Shown piece after piece: positions 1 to 14,309 of a DNA stretch of 64,000 bases. This DNA is from Eledone cirrhosa (taxonomy: Eukaryota), in the NCBI GenBank assembly GCA_964016885.1, contig OZ024745.1, positions 24,676,001-24,740,000 of the forward strand, read 5' to 3'. The first letter of the stretch is position 1, and each line of letters opens with the position of its first letter. A model generated the notes under the pieces. It made no database searches. It was given only the letters and a program-made list of their open reading frames with translations, and was not told where the DNA came from. Both the position numbers and the translations under genes were made by a program.

Positions 1-269
1 TGGGAGAAAAGATGTGAAAACCTAAAATAACGAATAACAAAACTTTTACAAGCAACAAAACACCTTAGCACCATCGTCACCACTGACAGCAGCACAACAG
101 CAGCGGCAGCCAGAACAGCAGCAGCAGCAGCAGCAACAACAACAACAACAACAACAACTACTACAACATTAATAACTATAACAACGGCAACAGAGCAATA
201 ACATTACCCAATAAATAACATGAATACGAAGGACAAGGTATAAAGATGGTGTAGAGAAACAACATTACC

Positions 270-395
270 ATCAATGCAAATATCAATTCCACCATCGACA
301 GCAGCACATATAACACCATCTACCAGAGCAGCAGCAACAACAACAATAATTCCACCAGCAGCAGCAGCAACGATAACACCATCAACCACGGTAGC

Positions 396-434
<39 letters not shown>

Positions 435-760
435 AATTCCACCAACAGCAGCAGTGATAACACCATCAACCACGACAGCAGCAACAACAATAATTCCACC
501 ATCAGCAGCAGTGATAACATCATCAACCACGGCAGCAGCAACAACAATAATTCCACCATCAGCCCTTGTAACAATATCAACCACGGCAGCAGCAGCAGCA
601 GCAGCAACAACAACAGCAACCAGCACAATGCCAGTAACAGCAACAAGGACACTAACAGGAACAACAGCAACATCAATGCCAGCAGCAGCACTAGTAACAA
701 CATGAACCACATCAGCAGCACCACTACCAACAACAACACCAGTAACTATCTATGCAAGCA
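270..760. repeat. CAA/CAG-rich minisatellite with ~60-bp unit (ACAATAATTCCACCA...ACACCATCAACCACGG)
   Basis: About 4-5 diverged tandem copies between ~330 and 600, embedded in (CAA)/(CAG) runs. Confidence 0.8.
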
Positions 761-784
761 ACAACAATAACAAGGACACTAACA

Positions 785-965
785 TTGTTTTTACTTTTGG
801 CACAAGGCCAGCAATTACCCCAGTGTATTACTGGTGCTTTATTTTATCGACCCCGTAAGGAGGAAAGGCAAAGTTAACCTCGGTGGGATTTGAACTCAGA
901 CCATAAAGGACGATAACTCTTTTCTGCAAAGCATGGCGTCCGAACCTCTACCAATTCTGCCAATC
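785..965 (-). mobile_element. tRNA-derived SINE, family A (Meta-domain-like body)
   Basis: Reverse strand has A box TGGCAGAATTGG, B box GAGTTCAAATCC, body GCCTTTCCTCCTTACGGGGTCGATAAAAT and 3' end GGCCTTGTGCCAAAAG; many copies in the window. Confidence 0.85.
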
Positions 966-1280
966 CACACTAACATTAACAACAATAACAAGAACAGCAA
1001 TAACAACCATCTGTGGCAAGCAACATCAACAACAACAATGACACTAATATTAACAACAACAACAACACTAACTAATCTACTAACTAGTTAATTAAAGCCC
1101 TCACTAACTAGAACACCCTAAAAGTAGTTCTGTAATGTAGTACCATCTAGTAGGAACTTTAAATCACACTACACCGATTGAAAAAAACAAGGGAAGAAAA
1201 TACACATTGTGCAATGTGGTCCTAGATACACTGTGTGAAAAGAAAAGACTAACTGCTTATGGTTGAAATAACTTTCAGTA

Positions 1281-1440
1281 TACGAGGGTTGGCTGAAAAG
1301 TTCATAGGCTGACTACAAAGGAGTGATGCTAGAGCTGTGAAATATTCCATGCATTAATTTCAACTCTTTTTACTAATATCTCTAGTGTTTCTTTACAGGG
1401 ACTATGTTAAAAAATAAAACTCTTTTGGTCATTTCATGAC
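1281..1440 (+). mobile_element. mariner-type MITE, partial
   Basis: Starts TACGAGGGTTGGCTGAAAAGTTCATAGGCTGAC; homologous copies at 10.46, 46.17, 46.58 and 61.25 kb. Confidence 0.75.
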
Positions 1441-2114
1441 CTGTTCTAAGTTGTCATATGAAGTGGAGGTTGCCAAGATTAGATCTGCCGAGAATTGGGC
1501 AGGTTTATGCACCTCTGACTACACTACAAACGAAATTTGTACCGATCCCCTTTTCTAAAAGCTTTGGTCGTTGCAATTATGTGCCTGAAGTTGTCTGCAA
1601 CATCCCTTTTGTTCAGGTCTATTGCTGCATCTTTACTAAAACCTAACGGATTTGGTGCGATGTTTTTAGTGAGACCCGACACAAGTTATTAATAACTCCG
1701 TCATTTCCACTTAAATAATTCCTGAACATTTTCTGTGCTGGGAACGATGTCTTCAAATTCTACTAGCTGGGATTCTGTCAATTAGCTTTGTCTAAGTTAA
1801 TCATGCAGATCATAATATATATTTAAAGAAGGACACGTAGGAAAACGACGAGATGGTCACGTTTGGAATGTCTTGTTCCACTCAGTCAAAACTTGCATCG
1901 GTCCCAATAATAGTAACAATAAAAATGATTTCTTTATTGGCCACAAGGGCCTGCATATAGGGGACATTACAAAAAGACAGGGACAGTGGGGTTTTACAAT
2001 AAAATCGAGTAAAAAAAAACAATAATATGAATAATTTAACAGCTTCATTTAGCAACAACACAGATAGTACCACTAATACCATTGCCACAACTACATCACC
2101 CTACTAACTCTAGC

Positions 2115-2540
2115 AAACACTTAGATCACACTCTGTCTTCTTACAATGAAGGATACATAGGTTAATGTAGATTTGTTCACTCTATTTCAAAACAATACTG
2201 GAAGGTCATGAATGGAGTGTCTTTGATCATAGATATGCTAGATCAGTACTAAGTTAAACAAAAGTACCACTACGGTTACCTCCATCGACTCTAACAAAAT
2301 CATCAAGAGTACTTACTACCAACATCCCCACCCCCGCCGACTATCAACGCCACCGTTACCAAGAACACCAGCAACGCCATCACAACCTCTACACCCGTTA
2401 ACAACTTCGTCATCGCTACCATTATCATCAATAACAACAACATCATCAATACCACTATCAACAACACCACCGCCACCTAGTGTTTGGAACGTCTTTGATC
2501 GTAGCTATACATGTGCTCAATCAGGGTTGACATGGAGACA

Positions 2541-2577
<37 letters not shown>

Positions 2578-2602
2578 ATACCACCACCACCGCCACTACT
2601 AT

Positions 2603-2652
<50 letters not shown>

Positions 2653-2668
2653 GTACTACTACTACTAG

Positions 2669-2700
<32 letters not shown>

Positions 2701-2701
2701 G

Positions 2702-2734
<33 letters not shown>

Positions 2735-2925
2735 CGCCACCGCCACCACCATCACCGTGAATAACAAACAACACTAACCCTCATATGAATACAACTACGA
2801 AATCAACAACGTCATCACCATCATCACAATCATCACCACTATCAACACTAGCATGTTGGGATGGTCATGGCTGGAGCACTTTTGACTATAGATCTTCGGA
2901 TCGGGGTTAAACTGAACTGTACAAC
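2115..2925 (+). mobile_element. fragments of a second interspersed repeat (SINE-like 3' tail ending in CAA/CTA runs)
   Basis: Recurrent motif GATGGTCA..GGAATG(T/C)CTTTGATCATAG...GATCAG at ~1850, 2200, 2480 and 2860, also 9230-9395 and 24420-24530. Confidence 0.55.
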
Positions 2926-3061
2926 AATAACTACAACCTCAACCTCTATTTAAACAACACGAAGAAGAACAACAATACTAATAACAACACACATCGCCAC
3001 TACTACAGTTATTTCTATACACAACAACAAGCTCAGTTCGATAAAAATAAACAACAGAAAC

Positions 3062-3094
<33 letters not shown>

Positions 3095-3916
3095 GACAAC
3101 AATGACAACAACGACGACAAAAACAACAACAAATAACAAGGTTACAACCTCCTCCCAAAACAAAAAAAAACAACGGCTTACTTAAATGAAGCTAGACAAC
3201 TAGAACCACAACCTTCTACCCCGTCGACGACAACAACAACAACAACAACAAGCTTAGTTCATTGAAGTTAAACCACATAGACCCACACAATCTCCACCCC
3301 TATCTACTACAGCAACAACAACAAAAACCACCAGAGAATGCAACAACAAAAACAAAATGCTTAGTTCAATGAAGCTAGACGAATCCCCCCCACCTCTTCC
3401 TCCCTTTCTCACCCTGCCCCACACTCACTCTCTCACACACTCTCTCTCTCTCTCTCTTTTTCACCCTCCCTCCTCTCTCTCTCACACACTCTCTCTCACT
3501 CTCTCGTTCTCTTCCTCACCCTCCCCCACTCTCTCTCTCTCTCACACACACTCTCTTTCTCTCTCTCACTCACTTCCTTTCTCACCCTCCCCCACACTCT
3601 CTCTCTCTCTCACACACTCTCTCTCTCACTCTCATTCCCTCCCTTTCTCACCCTCCCCCACTCTCTCTCACCCCCCTTTCTCACCTTCCCACACTCTCTC
3701 TCTCTCACTCTCTCCCTTTCTCACCCTCCCCCACTCTCTCTCTCACTCTCTCTCTCTCTCACTCCCTCTTTCTCTTTCTCTTTATCTATCTATTTCTCAA
3801 TCTATCTAACACTATCAAAAACCTCGTCAGTCGAGAACCGCAAACTCCCAAGACGCATGACCGTGACGTCACGGCTTGCCTGTTTCAAAATTCCCCCCAC
3901 ACACATTCACCCTGCC

Positions 3917-4810
3917 ACCATCGCCATCACCATCACCATCGTCATCACCATCACCATCACCATCGATATCACCCTCACCATCACCATCGCCATCACCATC
4001 ACCATCACCATCGATATCACCATCACCATCACCATCGATATCACCATCGCCATCACCATCACTATCACCATCTCCATCACCATCACAATCGCCATCACCA
4101 TCACCATCACCATCGATATCACCATCACCATCACCATCGTTATCACCATCGATATCACCATCGCCATCGCCATCGCTATCACCATCGCCATCGCCATCAC
4201 CATCGCCATAGCTATCACCATCGCTATCACCATCACTATCACCATCTCCATCACCATCACAATCGCCATCACCATCACCATCGCCATCACCATCACCATC
4301 GCCATCACCATCACCATCACCATCGATATCACCATCACCATCTCAATCAACATCACCATCACCATCACCATCGCCATCACCATCACCATCACCATCACCA
4401 TCGATATCACCATCACCATCACCATCGCCATCACCATCACCATCGTCATCACCATCGCCATCGCCATCACCATCGCCATCACCATCGCCATCGCTATCAC
4501 CATCTCCATCGCCATCGCCATCGCCATCACCATCGTCATCACCATCGCCATCGCCATCACCATCACCATCGCCATCGCTATCACCATCTCCATCACCATC
4601 ACCATCTCAATCGCCATCGCCATCACCATCGCCATCACCATCACCATCACCATCGCATTCACCATCGCCATCACCATCACCATCGCCATAGCTATCACCA
4701 TCACCATCTCAATCACCATCGCCATCACCATCACCATCACCATCACCATCACCATCACCATCACCATCGCCATCACCATCAACATCAACATCACCATCAC
4801 CATCATCATC
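3917..4810. repeat. (CATCAC/CATCGC)n hexanucleotide satellite
   Basis: Direct reading. Confidence 0.95.
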
Positions 4811-4854
4811 TCAAGTCCAAACAATACAGCAAAGCAATAACACAAACCCGAATA

Positions 4855-5882
4855 ACACAAACAACACACACAACACACAACACAGAGAACACACACCACA
4901 ACACACAACACACATAATACACACAACACACAACACACAACACACACAACACGCAACACACACAACACACAACACACAACACACAACACAACACACACAA
5001 CACACAACACACACAACACACACAACACACACAACACACAACACACAACGCACACAACACACAACACACACAACACACACAACACACACAACACACAACA
5101 CACAACACACACAACACACACAGCACACAACACACAACACACACAACACACAACACACAACACACAACGCACACAACACACACAACACACACAACACACA
5201 ACACACAACACACAACACACACAACACACAACACACACAACACACAACACACAACACACAACACACACAACACACACCACACACAACACACAACACACAA
5301 CACACACAACACACAACACACAACACACACAACACACACAGCACACAACACACAACACACACAACACACAACACACAACGCACACAACACACACAGCACA
5401 CAACACACAACACACACAACACACAACACACAACGCACACAACACACAACACACAACACACAACACACACAACACACAACACACAACACACACAACACAC
5501 AACACACAACACACAACACACAACACACACAACACACAACACACACAACACACAACACACAACACACACAACAACAGATACAACACACGACACACAACAC
5601 ACAACACACACAACAACAGATACAACACACAACACACAACACACAACACACACAACAACAGATACAACACACAACACACAACACACAACACACACAACAA
5701 CAGATACAACACACGACACACAACACACAACACACACAACAACAGATACAACACACGACACACAACACACAACACACACAACAACAGATACAACACACAA
5801 CACACAACACACAACACAACAGATACAACACACAACACACAACACACAACACAACACACAACACAACAGATACAACACACAC
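4855..5882. repeat. (CAACACA)n heptamer array with higher-order CAACAACAGATA units in the last 300 bp
   Basis: Direct reading. Confidence 0.95.
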
Positions 5883-6084
5883 GTCAACGTTTTAAACTCT
5901 AAAGCAACGCTAGGTTATTTTTTCGGTTTTTTGTTTCGATTTTTTTTTTGTAATGGTTTAATCATTTTTTTTTTATTTATTTTATTCTATTTTTATGACT
6001 TTTTATCTTTTTATTTATATTTGTTTTTATGATTTTTATGTTTTATTTTTTGTAAAGGCGGAGAGACCTTTCATGTTATTGGTC

Positions 6085-6530
6085 CGTTATTGTTGTTGTT
6101 GCTGTTAGTGTTGTTGTTGTTGCTGTTATTGTTGTTGTTGTTGCTGTTATTGTTGTTGTTATTGTTGTTGTTGTTGTTGCTGTTATTATTGTTGTTGTTG
6201 CTGTTATTGTTGTTGTTGCTGTTGTTGTTGTTGTTATTGTTGTTGTTGCTATTTCCTGTTGATGTTGTTGTTGTTATTGTTGCTGTTGTTGTTGCTGTTA
6301 GTGTCGTTGTTGTTGTTATTGTTGTTGTTATTGTTGTTGATGTTGCTGTTATTGTTGTTGTTATTGTTGTCGCTGTTATTGTTGTTATTGTAGTTGTTGC
6401 TTTTTGTTGTTGTCGCTGTTATTGTTGTTGTTGCTGTTATTTTGTTGTTGTTGTTGCTGTTATTGTTGTTATTCTTGTTATTGTTGTAGCTGTAGCTGTA
6501 GCTGTTATTTTGTTGTTGTTGTTGCTGTTT
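6085..6530. repeat. (TTG)n degenerate microsatellite
   Basis: Direct reading. Confidence 0.95.
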
Positions 6531-6737
6531 TTTAATAGTTTTTCTGTGGTTTTTGTTGTTCTTTAATTTTTTTTCTTTTTGTTTTTTTTTTTAGATTTCA
6601 ATTTGTTTCTATTTCTTTCCGCCATTTTTATTTTATATATTTACCATTTTTTTATTTTTTCACTCATTTTTCCTTTTTTTTGTTTTGTTTTTCATTTCCT
6701 TTTACGCTTTTTTCTTTTTCCTTTCTTTTCTTCCCAA

Positions 6738-6962
6738 ACACCACACCACTCCACTTCACACCACACCACGCCACACAACTCCACTCCACCCCACACCACT
6801 TCACTCCACACCACTTCACTCCACACCACACCACTCCACACCACACCACACCACTCCACTCCACATACATCACACCACTCCACACCACACCACATCACAC
6901 CACACCACACCACTCCACACCACACCGCACCACACCACACGATTCCACACCTCACCACACCG
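6738..6962. repeat. (CCACA/CACTC)n pentamer array
   Basis: Direct reading. Confidence 0.9.
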
Positions 6963-7339
6963 TACCACCCACCACCTTTTTTTTCTTTCCTTCTTTCTTG
7001 TTTAGACTTTCCGTTTCTATGGCAACACAAACTTGACATCCGGCCTGTCATGTCATGAAGGCACATCAATAAACCACCCATCGTTTCATTTCTCTCTCTC
7101 TCTCTCTCTCTCTCTCTTCTTTCCTCTTCACACTCTTTATTCCTCTCTTTCATTCCTCGTCGACCACCACCACCCCTCCCTCCCATCCCTCCCTCCGTCC
7201 CGTCCCCTCCCTACATCCCCTACTGCTCCATCTAATTCTTTCTTTTTTTCTTCATATACTATATTTTTGTTGTTGTTTTTTCTTCTTTGGGGGCATTTTT
7301 TATATTTTTAACTTTTTTTGTTTTGTTTTCAATACCGCC

Positions 7340-7463
7340 AGCATTATCATCATCATCATTATCATCACCGTTATCATTATCATCATCGTGGTTGTCGTCA
7401 TCGTCGTTGTCGTCATCAATTTCATATTAAGCAGCAGCAGCTGCAATCACTAACACCACATAT

Positions 7464-7506
<43 letters not shown>

Positions 7507-7520
7507 CAACCATCACTGCC

Positions 7521-7551
<31 letters not shown>

Positions 7552-7654
7552 CCATCAGCATCATCCCCACCAACACCGCAATCATCTACATCCTCTTCCT
7601 CACATTATCTTTATCATCATCATCATCATCATCATCATTATCTTCACCTCATAT

Positions 7655-7686
<32 letters not shown>

Positions 7687-7996
7687 TATCATTATCATCA
7701 TCATCAATATTATTATCATCATCAACACCATCATCATCATCATTATCAATACTACAATCATCAACAACATTATCTTCCTCACGACCACTATCTTATATCA
7801 TCGTTGCCCTTGTTAGCGTCATCACCATCGTCATCACGCCCCCCCCCCCCCTGGGGCTCAAAGTTTGTTGACCTCCTTTCGGTGGACCCTGGAAACTGAT
7901 CACTGATCTCTGATCTCTGATCTCTGATCAGGCGAACGACGACAACTTGAGACAGCAACAGTCTCATCCGCAGGAAGATCACAACCAACGCTATCC

Positions 7997-8052
<56 letters not shown>

Positions 8053-8100
8053 GTCATCATCATCATCATCATCGTCATCACCATCATCACCACCACCAGT
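7340..8100. repeat. (CAT)n microsatellites interrupted by a unique GC-richer island (7790-7995)
   Basis: Direct reading. Confidence 0.9.
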
Positions 8101-8369
8101 ACCATGAACTAAATGCCACAAAGCATTCTGTCCGACACTCTACTGATACTGCCAACACACAGCAACTCGACCACTAATCACTGCAACCACTACTACCACC
8201 ACAACCTTAACAACAACAATAGCATTGATTACTAAAACTACCAACACCACTATATCAGCAAAAATAAACACAGCAACCGCAACAACAACAGCAATAATAA
8301 TCACTACACACTACCATAATGACAACTACAATAACAGAACCACCACTAACATAACACCAATAAAAATAA

Positions 8370-8966
8370 TAATTGTCTCTACTTTAGGCACAAGGCCAGC
8401 AATTACCCAGTACATTACTGGTACTTTATTTTATCGACCCCGTAAGGATGAAAGGCAAAGTTAACCTAGGCGGGATTTGAACTCAGACTGTAAAGGGACG
8501 TAACTATGCTAGAAAGCATGGCGTCCAACCCTCTACTGATACTGCCAATTCACCGCCCATTAAAAATAATAATAATAATTGTTTCTACTTTTGGCACAAG
8601 GCCAGCAATTATCCTAGTGTATTACTGGTACTTTATTGTATCGACCCCGTAAGGATGAAAGGCAAAGTTAACCTAGGCGGGATTTGAACTGAGACTGTAA
8701 AGGGACGTAACTATGCTAGAAAGCATGGCGTCCAACCCTCTACTGATACTGCCAATTCACCGCCCATTAAAAATAATAATAATAATTGTTTCTACTTTTG
8801 GCACAAGGCCAGCAATTATCCTAGTGTATTACTGGTACTTTATTGTATCGACCCCGTAAGGATGAAAGGCAACGTGAACCTCGGCGGGATTCGAACTCAA
8901 ACCATAAAGGGCCGTAACTCTTTGCTGCAAAGCATGGCGTCCGACTCTCTACCGATACTGCCAATC
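8370..8966 (-). mobile_element. three head-to-tail family A SINEs (207-bp period)
   Basis: TCGACCCCGTAAGG at 8434, 8641 and 8848; each copy has Pol III A/B boxes on the minus strand. Confidence 0.9.
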
Positions 8967-8987
8967 CCCCCAAAAAATAATAATAAG

Positions 8988-9192
8988 GGTTTCTGATTTA
9001 GACACAACGCCAACAATTTGGGGGAAAGGAAAGTCGATTAAATCAACCAAAGTGTGTTACTGGTACTTTATTTTCTCGACCCCGTAAGGATGAAAGTCAA
9101 AGCTAACCTCGGCGGGATTTGAAAACAGAACACAAAGGGACTTAACTCTATGTCGCGAAGCATGTCCGACGTTCTACCGATACTGCTAATCG
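8988..9192 (-). mobile_element. family A SINE, longer subfamily
   Basis: Same core plus an extra GGGGAAAGGAAAGTCGATTAAATCAACC segment. Confidence 0.8.
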
Positions 9193-10457
9193 CTAAACAT
9201 CCTATCATAACCTCTACACGGGTGCAAGACCTACTAAAAATAGCATCCAAACTTCTCTCAGATAACTCCTTACTATCTTAAAAGAAAAAAAATAAAGTAC
9301 ACCATGCCTCAAATATATCGATAGATGTGATTGATGTTCAATAACAGAATGTCTTCAATCATTAATCTACTCAATCAGAGCTGACTTTGGGCTATGCAGA
9401 ACAGGTCGGATCTAGAGGTGTAAGCCTCGATAAAGATTCTGTTCATAGTAAGCAGTAGTTCAGTTGAAATTAGATGACCTTGGTGCCGTGAATACCAGTA
9501 GCTTCGCAGATGATCGACTATTAATTCGGCAAGGAGGTGGCACATCTGCTCCAATTAGCAGAGAAATCTATAAGTTTGCAGGTGTGATGAGCTGTATATA
9601 TTTTAGCCATTAGAAAAAGCAAAATTACGATGCTTCGCCTTCGATGGAGGGATGACTCAACAACAACAACAACAACAGCAATTACAACAATAACAACAAT
9701 TACAACAACATAAACCAATGTAGTCACTACTAAACACTACCATTCATTAATCAACCATGAAGTCACCATTAACACAAATAGTCACAACAGTCCCATCACC
9801 TACACGACAACAGCTCTTCTATTCTATGCGTTCCAGTTTTGACCGAGCTGCCTTCTTTCTGTCTCGTAGCGTCCCACCACAATGTATCTCGAGTGCCTGT
9901 TCTTAACACTAGTTGCATGGTCTGAAGCGGGCCTCAAATAATCTCTATCTAGATAGATAGGACACTAGTCTAACTGTCAAAATGATTTAGTGTTTGTGTA
10001 TTCCTGGGTTTTATATCGAATAATAATAATATTCGATTCGTTTGCAAGCAAACAGCCTCGTCATGCTATGTGTTTAGATCACCATCACCATCATTTTGTT
10101 CTAGCGGTGACAGAGAGAAACAACCGACAATATTGTTTCTGGGTTATTGCCCTTTGTCAAGATTGTATATCTCTCTTCTGTCACTCACTAGAACTCTTGA
10201 GAATATATAGAATTCTCTAAAGTATACACCAACTGATTAGCCTAATTTGCATACCGAGCAATTTTACGGTTGGCTTTGCCGAAAATTAAACCAAAATTAG
10301 AATTTCGTTTTTCGCTCTATTTAATTGTTTTTACCCAAGAATTATGTGAACTGAAACCAATGCACTCCTCAGAAACGCAACAAAACAACAGCAGGATTTG
10401 ATCTTTTAACCTATATGCTGCTATTTAAATATCTAGCTTACCTTCTTGACCGTGTGT

Positions 10458-10672
10458 AGGTGGGTTAGCTGAAAAGTTTATAGGCTGTAAGGTTCATAGG
10501 CTGACAAAGATACTCTCATGGAATAAAAAAAGAGGTTTATTTTTTAACATAGTCCCTGGAAAGAAATAATACAGTTATTAATAAGAAGACTTGAAATTAA
10601 GGCATGCAAGATTTCACAGCTCAAGCATCAATCCTTCATAGTCAGCCTATTAACTTTTCCACCAACCTTCGT
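10458..10672 (-). mobile_element. mariner-type MITE, near complete (~215 bp)
   Basis: Imperfect TIRs GGTTAGCTGAAAAGTTTATAGGCTG / CAGCCTATTAACTTTTCCACCAACCTTCGTA. Confidence 0.75.
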
Positions 10673-10677
10673 AAGTT

Positions 10678-10920
10678 ATATCTCACAGTAGTGAAACTGT
10701 GTGGGCCATAGAGTCCCTAACATTGCTTTCATTGACCCGGCTCCTATCACTGTGTGTCAATTATTTCACAGTAGTTGGTCTGTGTAGTTAGATCATAGAA
10801 CCACTAACATCACTTTCATTAGTCCAGTTCTTATAACAATGTGTAATTTATCTCACAGTAACGAGAGCAGTTAGGCCCTAGGAGTACTGACATTGCTTTC
10901 ATTAGTTACTCTTCTATCAA
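10678..10920. repeat. three diverged ~85-bp tandem units
   Basis: TATCTCACAGTA...ACATTGCTTTCATT motif recurs three times. Confidence 0.7.
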
Positions 10921-11069
10921 TACCCCTACTTGAATGGGTCGACACCACCTATACAGACAATAAAACATGTCCAGAGCCTCACTTACACTGTCACCAATAA
11001 AACTATTACAATTATATTACTACTAAAATCGCCACTACCATCACAACACAACCAATAATATAAATAATT

Positions 11070-11288
11070 AGGCCGGTGGATTTGTAGAATTGGTAGAGCA
11101 ACGGATAAAATGCCAATGCGTTATTTGTTCTGGCTTGTTACATTGTGAGATCGAATCCTGCTAAAATCAACTGTGTCTTTCAAACTTCTGGGATCGATAA
11201 ATTAAATTATCAGTGAAGTACTATGGTTGATTTAATCAACATTTCCTTCCTTAAAAATTGCTGGCCTTGTACCTAAAATAAAAATCAA
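11070..11288 (+). mobile_element. diverged family A SINE
   Basis: TTGTAGAATTGGTAGAGC A box, GATCGAATCC B box, GATCGATAAATTAA core and TGCTGGCCTTGT 3' end. Confidence 0.7.
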
Positions 11289-11419
11289 TAATATGATATG
11301 GTAACATCAACAGCATACCACCAATACTCCACCAATACTACCACCAATACTCCACCAATACTACTACCATCTCTACCACTAACACCCCTATCATCACGTC
11401 CACAACCACCAATAGCTCT

Positions 11420-14165
11420 ACCACAAACACCCCTACCACCAACACCACTACCACCAACACCACTAACACCAACACCACTACAACCAACACCACTACCACC
11501 AACACCCCTTCCACCAACACCACTACCACCAACACCACTACCACCAACAGCACTACCACCAACACCACTACCACCAACACCACTACCACCAACACCCCTT
11601 CCACCAACACCTCTACCACCAACACCACTAACACCAACACCACTACAACCAACACCACTACCACCAACACCCCTTCCACCAACACCACTACCACCAACAC
11701 CCCTACCACCAACACCACTACCACCAACACCACTACCACCAACACCACTACCACCAACACCCCTTCCACCAACACCACTAACACCAACACCACTAATACC
11801 AACACCACTACCACCAACACCCCTACCACCAACACCACTACCACCAACACCACTACCACCAACACCACTAACACCAACACCACTAATACCAACACCACTA
11901 ACACCAACACCCCTTCTACCAACACCACTACCACCAACACCCCTACCACCAACACCACTACCACCAACACCACTACCACCAACACCACTACCACCGACAC
12001 CCCTTCCACCAACACCACTAACACCAACACCACTACCACCAACACAACTACCACCAACACCACTACCACCAACACCCCTTCCACCAGCACCACTACCACC
12101 AACACCACTACCACCAACACCACTACCACCAACACCCCTACCACCAACACCACTACCACCAACACCCCTTCCACCAACACCACTACCACCAACACCACTA
12201 CCACCAACACCACTACCACCAACACCGCTACCACCAACACCACTACCACCAACACCACTACCACCAACAACCCTACCACCAACACCACTACCACCAACAC
12301 CCATTCCACCAACACCACTACCACCAACACCACTACCACCAACACCACTACCACCAACACCCATACCACCAACACCACTACCACCAACACCCCTTCCACC
12401 AACACCACTACCACCAACACCACTACCACCAACACCACTACCACCACCACCACTACCACCAACACCACTACCACCAACACCACTACCACCAACACCCCTA
12501 CCACCAACACCACTACCACCAACACCCCTTCCACCAACACCACTACCACCAACACCACTACCACCAACAACCCTACCACCAACACCACTACCACCAACAC
12601 ACCTACCAACAACACCACTACCACCAACACCACTACCACCAACACCAACACCACCAACACCACTACCACCAACACCACTACCACCAACACCAACACCACC
12701 AACACCACCAACACCACTACCACCAACACCAACACCACCAACACCAACACCACCAACACCAACACCACCAACACCACTACCACCAACACCAACACCACCA
12801 ACACCAACACCACCAACACCACTACCACCAACACCACTACCACCAACACCAACACCACCAACACCACTACCACCAACACCCCTACCACCAACACCACTAC
12901 CACCAACACCCCTACCAACAACACCACTACCACCAACACCACTACCACCAACACCAACACCACCAACACCACTACCACCAACACCACTACCACCAACACC
13001 AACACCACCAACACCACCAACACCACTACCACCAACACCAACACCACCAACACCAACACCACCAACACCAACACCACCAACACCACTACCACCAACACCA
13101 ACACCACCAACACCAACACCACCAACACCACTACCACCAACACCACTACCACCAACACCAACACCACCAACACCACTACCACCAACACCACTACCACCAA
13201 CACCCCTACCACCAACACCACTACCACCAACACCCCTTCCACCAACACCACTACCACCAACACCACTACCACCAACACCCCTACCACCAACACCACTACC
13301 ACCAACACCCCTACCAACAACACCACTACCACCAACACCACTACCACCAACACCAACACCACCAACACCACCAACACCACTACCACCAACACCAACACCA
13401 CCAACACCAACACCACCAACACCAACACCACCAACACCACTACCACCAACACCAACACCACCAACACCACTACCACCAACACCAACACCACCAACACCAC
13501 TACCACCAACACCACTACCACCAACACCCCTACCACCAACACCACTACCACCAACACCCCTTCCACCAACACCACTACCACCAACACCACTACCACCAAC
13601 ACCCCTACCACCAACACCACTACCACCAACACCCCTACCAACAACACCACTACCACCAACACCACTACCACCAACACCAACACCACCAACACCACCAACA
13701 CCACTACCACCAACACCAACACCACCAACACCAACACCACCAACACCAACACCACCAACACCACTACCACCAACACCACTACCACCAACACCAACACCAC
13801 CAACACCACTACCACCAACACCAACACCACCAACACCAACACCACCAACACCACTACCACCAACACCACTACCGCCAACACCAACACCACCAACACCACT
13901 ACCACCAACACCCCTACCACCAACACCCCTACCACCAACACCACTACCACCAACACCACTACCACCAACACCACTACCACCAACACCACCACCACCAACA
14001 CCACTACCACCAACACCACTACCACCAACACCACTACCACAACACCACTACCACCAACACGACTACCACCAACACGACTACCACCAACACCACTACCACC
14101 AACACCACTACCACCAACACCCCTACCACCAACACCCCTACCACCAACACCACTACCACCAACAC
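11420..14165. repeat. 15-bp minisatellite (CCACTACCACCAACA)n with variant units
   Basis: Direct reading; it generates the 960-aa PTPLP pseudo-ORF. Confidence 0.95.
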
Positions 14166-14309
14166 CAATACCATCACTAATACCACCAACACAACTACCG
14201 CCAATACCACTACTACAAACACCATTAACACTACTACTAACACTATTACCACTACTACCACTAATACAACTACCACCAACCTCACTTCCACCAACAGTAC
14301 TACCACCAA

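Noticed and set aside
274-705. Mucin-like Thr/Ala ORF
   Set aside because: Triplet-repeat sequence open in multiple frames; no supporting gene structure
8370-8966. CRISPR-like or tRNA gene array
   Set aside because: Units are SINEs with no unique spacers and no complete cloverleaf
11298-14180. 960-aa extensin-like (PTPLP)n ORF
   Set aside because: Translation of a 15-bp minisatellite; several frames on both strands are open, with no signal peptide or unique domain
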